From: Chrysomallon squamiferum
Taxonomy: Eukaryota; Animalia; Mollusca
Reading direction: 5' to 3'
DNA length: 64,000 nucleotides
Assembly (NCBI GenBank): GCA_012295275.1
Contig: CM022671.1
Span: forward strand, 33,046,001 to 33,110,000
The notes beneath the pieces were generated by a model. The model was not told the DNA's origin. It ran no database searches and worked only from the letters and a program-made list of their open reading frames with translations. Every line of letters begins with the position of its first letter. The stretch's first letter is position 1. This document shows, one piece after another, positions 53,130 to 64,000 of the stretch. Both the position numbers and the translations under genes were made by a program.

Positions 53130-53974
53130 TACTGTTAATCAGAAATGTTTGTTATAAGTTGTACAGTTAGGAACCATCTAAAAGTAAATTCGCTGTGAAT
53201 AGTTATTATGTATGGAAAATGAAAATGGACTGAAGTGGAAATCAGAATACATAATTCTGTGAATTAGCTCTTTAAATTCAGTTAAATATAATGTTTGTTT
53301 AAAACGTTTAAATCAAAAGCTAATGGGATTTTTGTAATATGTATTAAAAGCAATAGAATATAGTCAATCAAAAAAGCTTTTCTTTTTTCTGTTGTTCTTT
53401 CTTTTATTATTTTCTTTTATTTATTTATTTATTTATTTACTTATTTATTTAAGTGGAGATTTTTAACCATTCCCCGTTTTTTCAAACTCCCTACCCCCAC
53501 CCTCTCGACAATCCAGGCCATACAGTACCGGCGACATTTGATCTACCTCCAGAGATCCTATTATCGATCAGATCACGTTTCCGCGTGGACAGAACTTATG
53601 GGGCAATGATTTTCGCATTTTGCCCTATGTCCATCTCTGCCCAGGCCGTAAAAACTTCGATAATTACACTTATCGCTGAGTTTGCGGCAAGTTTGATGAA
53701 TATTTATGACGTTTCCGTTCATAAGTTCATACACGGTGTTACCAATTACTGACAATCTATTTAATCGTGTTGCTAGAATGGGTGCGGGTAGGAAAAGGTT
53801 TCTGCTTTATTGTAATTTAGTCGCACGGTCAAAGACGTCGACGAAGTAAAAAGGCCTGGCCGAATCTCTGGGGTTATAAATAGTAATGAATGATAGAGAG
53901 ATAGGATGGGTACTGGCTTGAGAATAACACAAATTTGTAGACTTTGCTCAGGACTTTCAAAGACATTAATGCAA

Positions 53975-54032
<58 letters not shown>

Positions 54033-54873
54033 CACATTCACAGAAAGAGAGAAAGATAAACTGTAATAATATGATTTGGAATGAAATGAGCGGATGCTGA
54101 TAATTGTTTTTATCAGAAATTCTTATACTTATTTCAAATTGGTTTTAATCACTGTAAATATTGCAAATACAAATTATAAAGTTACACATGAATAAGATCA
54201 AAACAGATTAGATATTTAAATTAGTACTGTTGATAGGTCTTAATAAAATATGAACGTTAAACCATATGCAGAACGACAAGATAAAATTCGAAATCAGTGG
54301 TGCCAGATGTATTTCGGAATGTGAATAGTAGGTTTAACATTAGTCTTTCTGGCATTTACATGCCCGAAACTTCCTGTATAGTATTTTATTAATGATTTCC
54401 AGATTTTATGTTTAATTTTAGTACTAGAGCACGAATTTAGCAAGTTTAAAATAACTGAATTATCACATCATATTTCCACTGCCTCAAAACATGTGAGGAG
54501 GCAGTGATTTCAGCATTCATTTTTTTTTTTTTTCAAACTTTACAGCTACATAGATAACAAATTCCGATGACCTTTTTGATTTTTTTTTTACCCTAAAACA
54601 AATATTAATAATTTCAACAACAAGTTTATTTCTTTTTCTATTTCAGTTTTAATAATGGCGGCAGGACTGCTCATGTTCCCTATGGGGTTCGACACGACCT
54701 TTTTTCGCTACTACTGCGGCGAGAGGGCCGGGCCATACAACACCGGACACTGCTCTGTAGGCTGGAGTTACATGCTGGCCATTCTGGGACTGGCACTGTC
54801 AATCTTCTGTCCCATTCTGGCAAACTTAACAGACGTAAAACATAACGAGGATGATATGTTCGAATATATATAA
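52363..54873 (+). CDS. LHFPL7: LHFPL tetraspan family protein (LHFPL7/TMEM211-like), ~197 aa, two coding exons 52363-52729 and 54647-54873
   Basis: Four hydrophobic segments. Motifs P-x-W...SFGMFNYC, IPSGAW, YIQTVA|VLIMAAGLLMFPMGF...C...YNTGHCSVGWSYMLAI...FCP are typical of the LHFP/TMHS family. Phase-1 GT-AG intron 52730-54646. Paralog assignment is less certain than family assignment. Confidence 0.88.
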
Positions 54874-54903
54874 CAGCAGAGCGTCGTTAATCAGCAATCA
54901 TTT

Positions 54904-55130
<227 letters not shown>

Positions 55131-56090
55131 ATTAAAAGACACAGAGAATGTGGGACTGGTGCAGATCCACGATAACAGACCTGTTTATCAGTATAAAAAG
55201 TGCTAAAACACACTGAGCTTTTGATTGGAACGTTAATATTGTAAAATGGCAGACTGCTCAAACTATCAAGAAGATGCAATATATGGATGGACTGACCTTC
55301 ACAGTGTTCCAGTGCAGAAAATGATTTTTTTTTTTTTTAATTTTATTTTTATTAATTGCATTAATATATCCGCATATCCATTGATTTAAATTGCTTAAGA
55401 AAACTTAATTTTAAATAATGTGTAAAATATTTTTAAAGAAAAACGTTTGATGAAATCATTTAAATACATGTAAATGCTTGTAAAACATTTCAACGAAGCT
55501 GAACTGTAACAAGTAAACAGATTTTAACGCACGCACAAGCACGCACACAGTAGAGAAAGCTCTGTGGATTGTTGGATTATTGATCGATCTTTAAATTAAA
55601 TAATTTTTCCATGCATTTTCCTTTATCTTGCTGAAAGCCATTGTTATGTAACTTAATTCACTGGAGTGTTTCTTTTTGATAAAATATAATAAAATTTTGT
55701 ATAATAAGTAATTATTTTCCACATTAAATCTGTGTTTGTTCTATGCTTTTTATAGATGATTTTACTTTTCTTACGTGATTTGTAAAAGATATGCTTCTTA
55801 GTGTTGCTTTTCAAACTGTCTAACGTTCAGGTACACAAAATACACCATTAATTTTGTGCCATTATAAGTAATGGGCAACGGGCAGTTAAAGACATATCCT
55901 CGACATGTTTACCTTGAACAGTTACAAACCGAAACCAACTAAAAATTACAAACCATTACAACTCATCCAAAAGTGGATAGTAACCACGTTTATATCACGT
56001 ATATTTGTGTGCACTCTGTGTGTAAATGTACCTATGTATGTTTGTGTTGTTGTGTTGGTGTATATAGATGGGCATAGGTATGTTATTGGG

Positions 56091-56133
<43 letters not shown>

Positions 56134-56415
56134 TTTTTTAATAAAATGCTCAGTATAATAATAGGAGTCTGACCAAGAGAATGATCACTAAAGTAAATAG
56201 ACAATAAAAACCCATGTACAGTATTGTAAAATTAGTTCTTCTGAAAGGTTTGTACGCGTATGTATAATATAATACGTATAGTAAACTCGATGTTTATGAT
56301 GCTTCTTCTGATTCTGGGACCTTTGTTTTATGAATAAGGTTATATTATTCCTAATTTTACTTTGAATATTATGAGGATATATTCTTCTATTTCTCATTAA
56401 ACAGTATGTATTTTG

Positions 56416-56573
<158 letters not shown>

Positions 56574-57766
56574 AATCCGTCTTTTTTTCCATCTCTTTCG
56601 TTTATATTATTTACTGTCAAAATATATTTTGCTCTTGTTCAAATCTCGTATCACAGAAATCTATTATTTGGCAACCATTCGCTTATTAATTAATATTTTT
56701 TTTAAACTTCTGTTCCATGTCTCAGTGACATATAACAGCTCTGACATCTGAACTGCCTTTAAAACGACACGTTTTTCAATACCATTCTTGAGCAGGATTG
56801 TTATTTAAGGAAACAAGCCAAAGCTAATTCGAGGATTGTGTATCATTAGTTCATGAGAACGTTCGACCAGCCTTCAATTTGAACAGTGAAGTTATGTTTG
56901 TTTTCACTTCTCCAGTGACAGGCGGCTAATATCTCGGCAAATCTCGTAGTCTGTCGTTTGTCCGAGAATTGTGATTAAGCTATTTTGGCGACACGGTTCT
57001 GAAGAACGTGAGTCACTTGATAGAGTAGGAGAAGAACGGAGGAGATCTAATAATTTATCGCCAAGTGTCGTTTATTACAAAGGCCGCAGAATAAAATGAA
57101 CACAGTGGACAGGGTAATCTCTCAATCAGCAGTCAGATGCAATTATTCAATCGTTTAATGGCATGGGTTAGCGAGTCACCAAGGCACGAAATTTCACTAT
57201 AAAGCTGAGCTGGGGACTAGTCGAATGATGTCGTCTTTCTCTCTCTCAGTGTGTCACATTGTTTTAATTTTTTTTTTTTTATCCCGATAACGAGAGAGAG
57301 AAGAAACAGATTTGTTTTAAAACAGTAAAAAAAAAAAAACAATAATAAAAAAAATAATAATAAAAGTAATTAAATAAAAATGAAAGAAAGAAAGAAAATG
57401 TGAATGAAAAATCGCAATGCTTAAAACAATGTATTTCAAATGTAAGAGATTTCTTTATTAAGTCTATCTGTATCTTTGTACCTTCATATGTAGCTTCGAT
57501 GACTCCTGTTGATGTTATTCAAGCTATGTAATTATGTATACTATACTAATAAACATCAAGAATGCTAAATTGCAAGCTATATGTATATTCTACGCGATGT
57601 GTATATTATAGTTGCCCTTTATTATTAGGAAAGGGTGGCATTCTATTGTATAATGAAATAACAAGGATGTGTATTAATGCATTTTTCCTTCCATTAAACT
57701 CAGAGTAAAACCGTTTAACAGGACAGTACTTACCATAATTACGTTTATTATTCCCTCTTTATAGTA

Positions 57767-57819
<53 letters not shown>

Positions 57820-57929
57820 CATGAGGATGAAGATGATGATGAATAAATAAAACAAAAATAAAAATAATAATAATAAAAATAAATAAAAGTTATATTTCAT
57901 TTTGTATGTAAACTGATCGGATGTATTTG

Positions 57930-57967
<38 letters not shown>

Positions 57968-60226
57968 GTTTCTGGGAAAGATCACCCTTTTATTTAACTT
58001 AATTTTGTATTTTTTTACTGGAATTACCGTGTCAGTGATGATCAAAAGACTATCTGTTGCTGTATTAACAAAAAATACCATGGTGTCATTAAAAGGGCGA
58101 GCTGCACATCTCTGCGATGTCGCTTTAATGTGTCTCTGGATTTAAAGGCAAACGGCAAGATTAGTTTGTAATTGCTTAAACCTCTTAGCCACCTGATGGC
58201 GAGTGAGTCACTCGTTCCTGGAATTCGCAATGTGATGATGGAATTAAACACTTTCACCATCAGACGTGATTTATAAAATATCTCAGAGGTGTAAGTTAAA
58301 GCAGGTACATGATCGTTTTATTTTTTAACTGTATTTCAAGGGATTTTAATTTTAGATAGTTTAGTTTTATATTATAACTGTTGAAATTGTATTTATATAT
58401 ACTTAATTGACTAATGAAAATAGAAATAATAATAATCTCTTAATTTCATATATATGTTTGACATTTAATATCCCAGGTTGTTTAAAACTAGATTCTTAGC
58501 CACATGAAATGTAACTATTCGTGTTAACGTTTAAGAAATTTAAAAAAAAAAACAAAGAAAAGATGTTTTGAAGAATTTGACTACATAATAAAATAATGGT
58601 TATATTATTACTGTTGTTGCTTTAAAAGAAGAAATCTACTGAATTCTACTGACTTCTAAACACATACATACACATATACGTATGCACGAGAAAGAATGGG
58701 GAAAAAAATTAAGTATAAATATTAGAAGCAGTAATAAAAATAAAATGTTAAGATTCTCTATAAGAAAGAAAAAATATAAGATGATGGTATATGCTTAACA
58801 CATCAGTATTTTATATTCTTCATCACATCGCAATATTAAATGTTTATCTGACTAGAATTTGAATTTGACAGAAAGAAAAATCCGTCTTCTTTGCTCGTGA
58901 TACATCAAACATGACCGGTGAACGAACGTCTGTTAGCTGACAGCGGAGAATGACGAAGTGCTCCAGCGCAACATTCGGATCACGGGAGACCACTCGTTTC
59001 AATCAATTTTCTTTCCGGTTAATGTGATGTGTTTAATTAAGCTAATAATAAGGTTCCTGCTTCTTTCCAGCACTTAAATTGTCTTTCCTGCGATTTAATT
59101 TATATTCCAGGATGTAGGTTTGAAAAGATGCGAAGCTTATGCAAATTAGAAACGATACTTGAATGAATATAAGCTTGCTCTGTGTCAATCTGGTTTCGGG
59201 CGCAATTTCTGAACTGAAATGTCGTTAAACGTCTGTTGCAGGGAATTTTTGGTTGCAGATGTGCTATCAGATGTGCTTGAATTTGTGAAAGAAGCAATTA
59301 AGTCTGAACATTTTCTATTTGGTGATTTATGACAGGGATCTTGGATTGTTTCTTGTAGCGGAAGTACATCTGCATGGTACTTTTTAATGTACCAGCGGAC
59401 TGTTAAATGAGCATACTTGGAAAAGATAAACCAAAAAACGGTATAGACATATCTCTAATGGAGAACCAACGATATCTATCCAAATGTCCGTCTGAGCTGT
59501 TCTCCGCCAAAGGATATTCGGGCTGTGTCGTTCACTAATGATATAAAAGATTCACCGATTAATACATTTTGAATGAAATTATGTATACTGTGCCTAAACG
59601 TTATTAACGGATGGGTATTGTTGTTATTCTTGCCGTTTTTTGTTGACCCAGTAATAAACAGATAAGAATAAAGATGGCAAGAATTAAAAAAAAAAATATT
59701 CGATTTCCGACTTTATTTTCTTTTAATTTTATTATTTATTTAATTAAATTTATTATAAACTAAATAAATAAATAAATCTAAAAAAGAAAAGTTCTTACCA
59801 TTACATGACTAATACTATTATTTTGCTTCAGTCGAATTAGATTTATTACTTTCATTATTTTAATAATTATTGTCCACAAAAAACAAATCTTCACACGCAC
59901 ACACATAGACACACAGACTTGTTTTTATTTATTTTTATTATTAATGCTATACCATTAAACGAAAAAATCACACAAAAAACAACAGAACTGCTGCTAGGAC
60001 TTATTTGAAGCAATCTGGTAGTTATTTATATTTCTGTCTTAATTAGTCACACGGTCAAAGACACCAACAAATTTAATGAATTAACATTATAACGTGAAAA
60101 GTCTGCACAAACAGATCCATGATAATGGATGTATCCTAAAACATTCACAAGATTACGAATTAAAGGATTTCCTAGAAAAGCGTAAAAAAAAAATATAATA
60201 ATAATTAAAAAAAATAATAATAAAAT

Positions 60227-60268
<42 letters not shown>

Positions 60269-60956
60269 CTGATTTTGAAAAGTGGAGATTATTTGAAACA
60301 AATAAAAACAAGATTCCATTTCTCCATGCTTTGCATTTCCCTGAAGATTCGGTTTTATTTAAAATTTTAAATATCTCTCGAACAACGAAAACACTTCATT
60401 AAAACTATTGGCACTTTCGTGTTCTCTGTGTCGCTAGAGGTTTCTATTTTATTTGAAAATAATTCTGTTAACTTAGCAATCCATGTTACAGTAAATTTTT
60501 CACTGCTTGATAAAGTAACGGAATCAATACAGGAATTGCAAAGAATGTTTATTTTTCGGCTTCGGAGTGTTGAACTGACTGATTCATGTGTATTTGACTG
60601 GCATATATCTGCCAACAAATACAATAGCTTGTTTGATGTAGCACGCATGTTCCGGAATTATTATTGTAAGCGATATGTGGTTCACTGCAAATACAACGAC
60701 AAAGTGATAGGATTTTAAACAAAGATAAAAATCATCTTTTCGGAAAACACGAAACTCGTAAGGAGTAATTATTTAACGAACGAGCCACGAGTTAGATTTA
60801 ACCGAAAATGCTATGGTTTCAATGAATATTTTCATTGTTCATATGTTTAAATTGTTTAATAAAACCGAAAATGAAACGCTTCAAGAAAAGGAATCGTATT
60901 TTTATTCTTATCAAATAAAAAATAACGCTTTTCAAAATATTTGTGTCGTTTCGTTG

Positions 60957-61102
60957 AGGGGCGGGCTGTAAGTGACTGGCAGAAAGAGACATGTCTCAGA
61001 ATCAATCCTTATAATCTAAAAAGACTAATCTTATTGACACCATTTAACTTTAGATTAAAAATGACTTGAGAGCATCGTTAAATAAAACTTTCTTCCTTCT
61101 TT
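60957..61102 (+). mobile_element. Internally deleted SINE remnant
   Basis: Starts GGGGCGGG and ends 'TTGAGAGCATCGTTAAATAAAACTTTCTTCCTTC', which resembles, from memory, the head and 3' tail of the gastropod SINE family suspected at 20572. Confidence 0.5.
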
Positions 61103-61388
61103 TTTAGTAATATGATTATTTGTTTACGAATTCAAATTGGAATAAAATCGTAGCCCAGAGACAGAGCACTGATTACATAAAAGCTGCGTCAGTACACAAA
61201 TGCCTTTCATGCCTTTTTCTCAAACGATTCTAGTCTACAAAATGCATTCACTGAATAAACTTATGCTATTTTAACCTGGTTTCTAACTAAGTACATTTAT
61301 TAACACATTTGCAGAAAGACATCACGGTATCTGTGCTTGATAATCAGATAATTTCGAAATGTAATAGTGTTATATGAAACTGTTATCT

Positions 61389-63259
61389 TTATAACTGAGG
61401 TGGCTCTTGTGGATACATGTCCCTCTCCCAAGCAGAAGAAATGTAAGCAAAAGGTGGTGGTGGAAACGTAATGGCTGTTGATACATCTGCAGAAGAGAAA
61501 GATGGTTGTGATTGGAATGCTATCTGATTGACATCCACTGTCGTATGGGTCTGTTTATGCTTGTTTAATTTAGCCATCAGTCTGAAGCCTTTCCCGCAAA
61601 TATCACAAATATACGGCTTCTCCCCAGTGTGTACTCTGCGATGCGCTCTCAAATATCCTGCCTCTATAAATCCTTTCCCACACACGTCGCACTTGTGAGG
61701 CTTGTCGGTCATGTGGGTCCTCTTGTGTTTTTGCATATCGTGAACGGAATAGAAGCTTTTCCCGCAGACGGAACACAGGTAGTCCTTGACGCCTTGGTGT
61801 CTCTGGAGATGAGCACGAAGCTTCACGTTTTGTGTGAATTCCTGTCCACACTGCTCACATTTGTATGGCTTGACGCCTGTGTGAGTTCTAAAATGTGTCT
61901 GAAGCTGGGAGGACTGGGCAAACCGTTTCCCACAAGCAGTGCAGGTGAATGGTTTCTCTCCTGTGTGAGATCGTCTGTGAGTCTGTAGATTCGATACCTG
62001 CGTAAACCTTTTCTCACAGAGGTCGCAGCTGTATGGCTTTTCGCCGCTGTGAGATCGCTTGTGAAGCTTGAGATGCTGAGCTTGTGAGCACTGCTTTCCG
62101 CATACGTCACAAGTGTAGGGCCTCTCTCCTGTGTGAAGTCTTTTGTGGACAGTTAGGTAGCCTGTTTGTGCAAAACTTCTTCCACAGATGTCGCATTTGT
62201 AAGGTTTTTCTCCTGTGTGCGTTCTCATGTGATCTCTGAGATATGCCTTCAGAGCGAACTGACGTCCACATTCGTTACAAGTAAACTGTTTTACGTCGCC
62301 ATGACAAATCATGTGTCTCTTTAACGTCGGTGCATCTGACAAGGCTTTCTTACAAATGCTGCAAATAAAGCTCTTTCCTGAATGACTTTTATCGATATGC
62401 AGCCACAGTCCAGAATGCGAGTTAAATGACCGCGGACACTTTTGACATTTAAACGAATCTGCCATGCTTGATTTCACTTTATCGGTATGGAATTTCGTTT
62501 CGATTGACAACGTTTTGTCGTAATCACTACACTCTATTTTCTGTTTGTTGATATCTTCAGATATTGCTGTTTGACTGTGGTGTGTGTTTTCATGAGTTTT
62601 TAGTTTCATATCAGAGCCAGAAGTTTCTGAAGATGCGTTACCGCGGTTCATTTCAGCGGAACTGGAAATATTCTCCCTTTCGTCGTTATGTTGTGCTCTA
62701 ACGTGCACAGAAAGTCGTGACTTGGAGTTGAAGGATTTGATACACAACTGACATTTGTAGTGTTTTACAGCATAAAGAGGCGTCTTCTCTATATCCGCGT
62801 CTTCGTTGGACTGCGTATCCATGGAGGGTTTAATAGCATCGCTTTTTTCTGAAACTATTTTTTTTAAAATACTTCTTATTGTAATAAAAATGAAAATTCT
62901 TTTATTTACGCTCAAATAAAAATTAATACAACTTATATTTTCCATCATCTTAAACAAAAATCAATAATTAAAGTTCTGCTTAGTGCAACGTTTACAAGCT
63001 TGATCAGGGGAGATAAATCCAGCGAACTAAACATAGAAACAGTAGAGTTCAGTTTCTGAATTTAAAGAAATTTACGTAATCATTTGTTTGGGGGGTTTTT
63101 ATGTTTCATTTCGCAATATAATTATCATCATTATTAGTTTGCAAAACATAAAATACTGTTTACTTGTGTGTACATTAAAACATGCTGTTTTATAGCCACT
63201 TATCAAAAGATAATTGTAAATACATTTTTAGTAAATGGACATTAACTGACTTTATCAAG

Positions 63260-63356
<97 letters not shown>

Positions 63357-63998
63357 ACATAAACACAAACACACATATATAGTCATACAGTTATATATAT
63401 GCACGAATAGCCATATATGTCCACGCAAATACATATACTGAAAAATATTTACAAAAGTTTTATTACCTGTTTCTTTGTCCAGAACACATGCTCTGGAAAT
63501 ATTATCTTCATTTTTGGATACTTTCTCTGAAGATGAATTACCAGTCACTTTACTATCTGTCTTTGTGTCCTCCGCATTCATACTGTCATTACTCCGAGAC
63601 ATCACAGTGTTTCTAATTTTTATCCATGCACCGTCTTCCCTGCGCTTCACCAGCACAGACGTTTTTCTTTTACTAACTAATGTTTTCAGTGAGCCTCCAT
63701 TCAACAGAACGCATTTCCTTATTTCAGATGGACAAGAAAAGCATCTGCCCATAGTCTCAGTATGTTTTCTCGTGTCCTTATCCTGTGAAACAGATGAAAC
63801 ACCGGTGCTGATAAAATTTTGATGACGATTTGTTATTCCTGTTAAATTCGAATTTATCTCCCCTGAACTTGAGTCGGTGTTAGAAGAGCAACTATTTCCG
63901 GTGACCACTTCCAGATCTGGATTCAGTGAATTTTCCATGATATTTTTCAAGGAATTTACTAAAATTGTTTCACTGGCGTTTGATGTAAAAAACTCCAT
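61389..63998 (-). CDS. C2H2 (Kruppel-type) zinc-finger protein, 11 tandem fingers plus 1 isolated finger; exons 63998-63467 and 62848-61389
   Basis: Repeated CxxC-x12-H-x3-H with TGEKPY linkers in ORF 61389-62957. Donor G|GTAATA after 63467 and acceptor TTTCAG| before 62848 are phase-1 compatible (...DKET-E-KSDAIK...). The upstream exon reaches the window edge, so the true start may lie outside. Confidence 0.92.
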
Positions 63999-64000
63999 GG

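Noticed and set aside
60047-60718. Short ORFs on both strands as a possible gene
   Set aside because: No recognisable domain and no consistent spliced frame; it could be 3' UTR or downstream sequence of the zinc-finger gene.
61603-62110. Overlapping alternative-frame and antisense ORFs
   Set aside because: Shadows of the zinc-finger coding sequence.
62849-62957. N-terminal extension of the 522-aa ORF (MFKMMENIS...)
   Set aside because: AT-rich and upstream of a phase-compatible acceptor at 62849-62850; most likely intron.

Overview
AT-rich, microsatellite-dense animal genomic DNA with spliceosomal introns. A mollusc, probably a gastropod, is inferred from the HSPA12 copy and SINE-like remnants; this is not proven. 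Contents, left to right: (1) a damaged 3' part of an HSPA12-type Hsp70 gene (657-2108, +); (2) an intronless tRNA-Arg(TCT) (5025-5097, +); (3) an essentially complete Huntingtin-interacting protein 1 / HIP1R (Sla2 family) gene on +, which I reconstructed by hand as 30 phase-compatible coding exons (7877-34344, 1080 codons) plus a stop-containing last exon, with a U12-type intron 2; (4) a CpG-richer interval at 42.8-47 kb with a CRE cluster and a possible spliced minus-strand transcript; (5) a two-exon LHFPL-family (LHFPL7/TMEM211-like) tetraspan gene (52363-54873, +); (6) a 12-finger C2H2 zinc-finger gene on - (61389-63998). Most short ORFs in the supplied track are microsatellite artefacts. 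The best novelty candidates are a ~215-nt branched, G-U-containing RNA fold upstream of the LHFPL gene (51401-51615), a 36-nt HIP1 exon encoding a PIAS-type SUMO-interacting motif, extra splice signals inside the U12 intron, and tandem amplification of HIP1 splice-donor junctions. All analysis is by eye; no database search or folding program was run.
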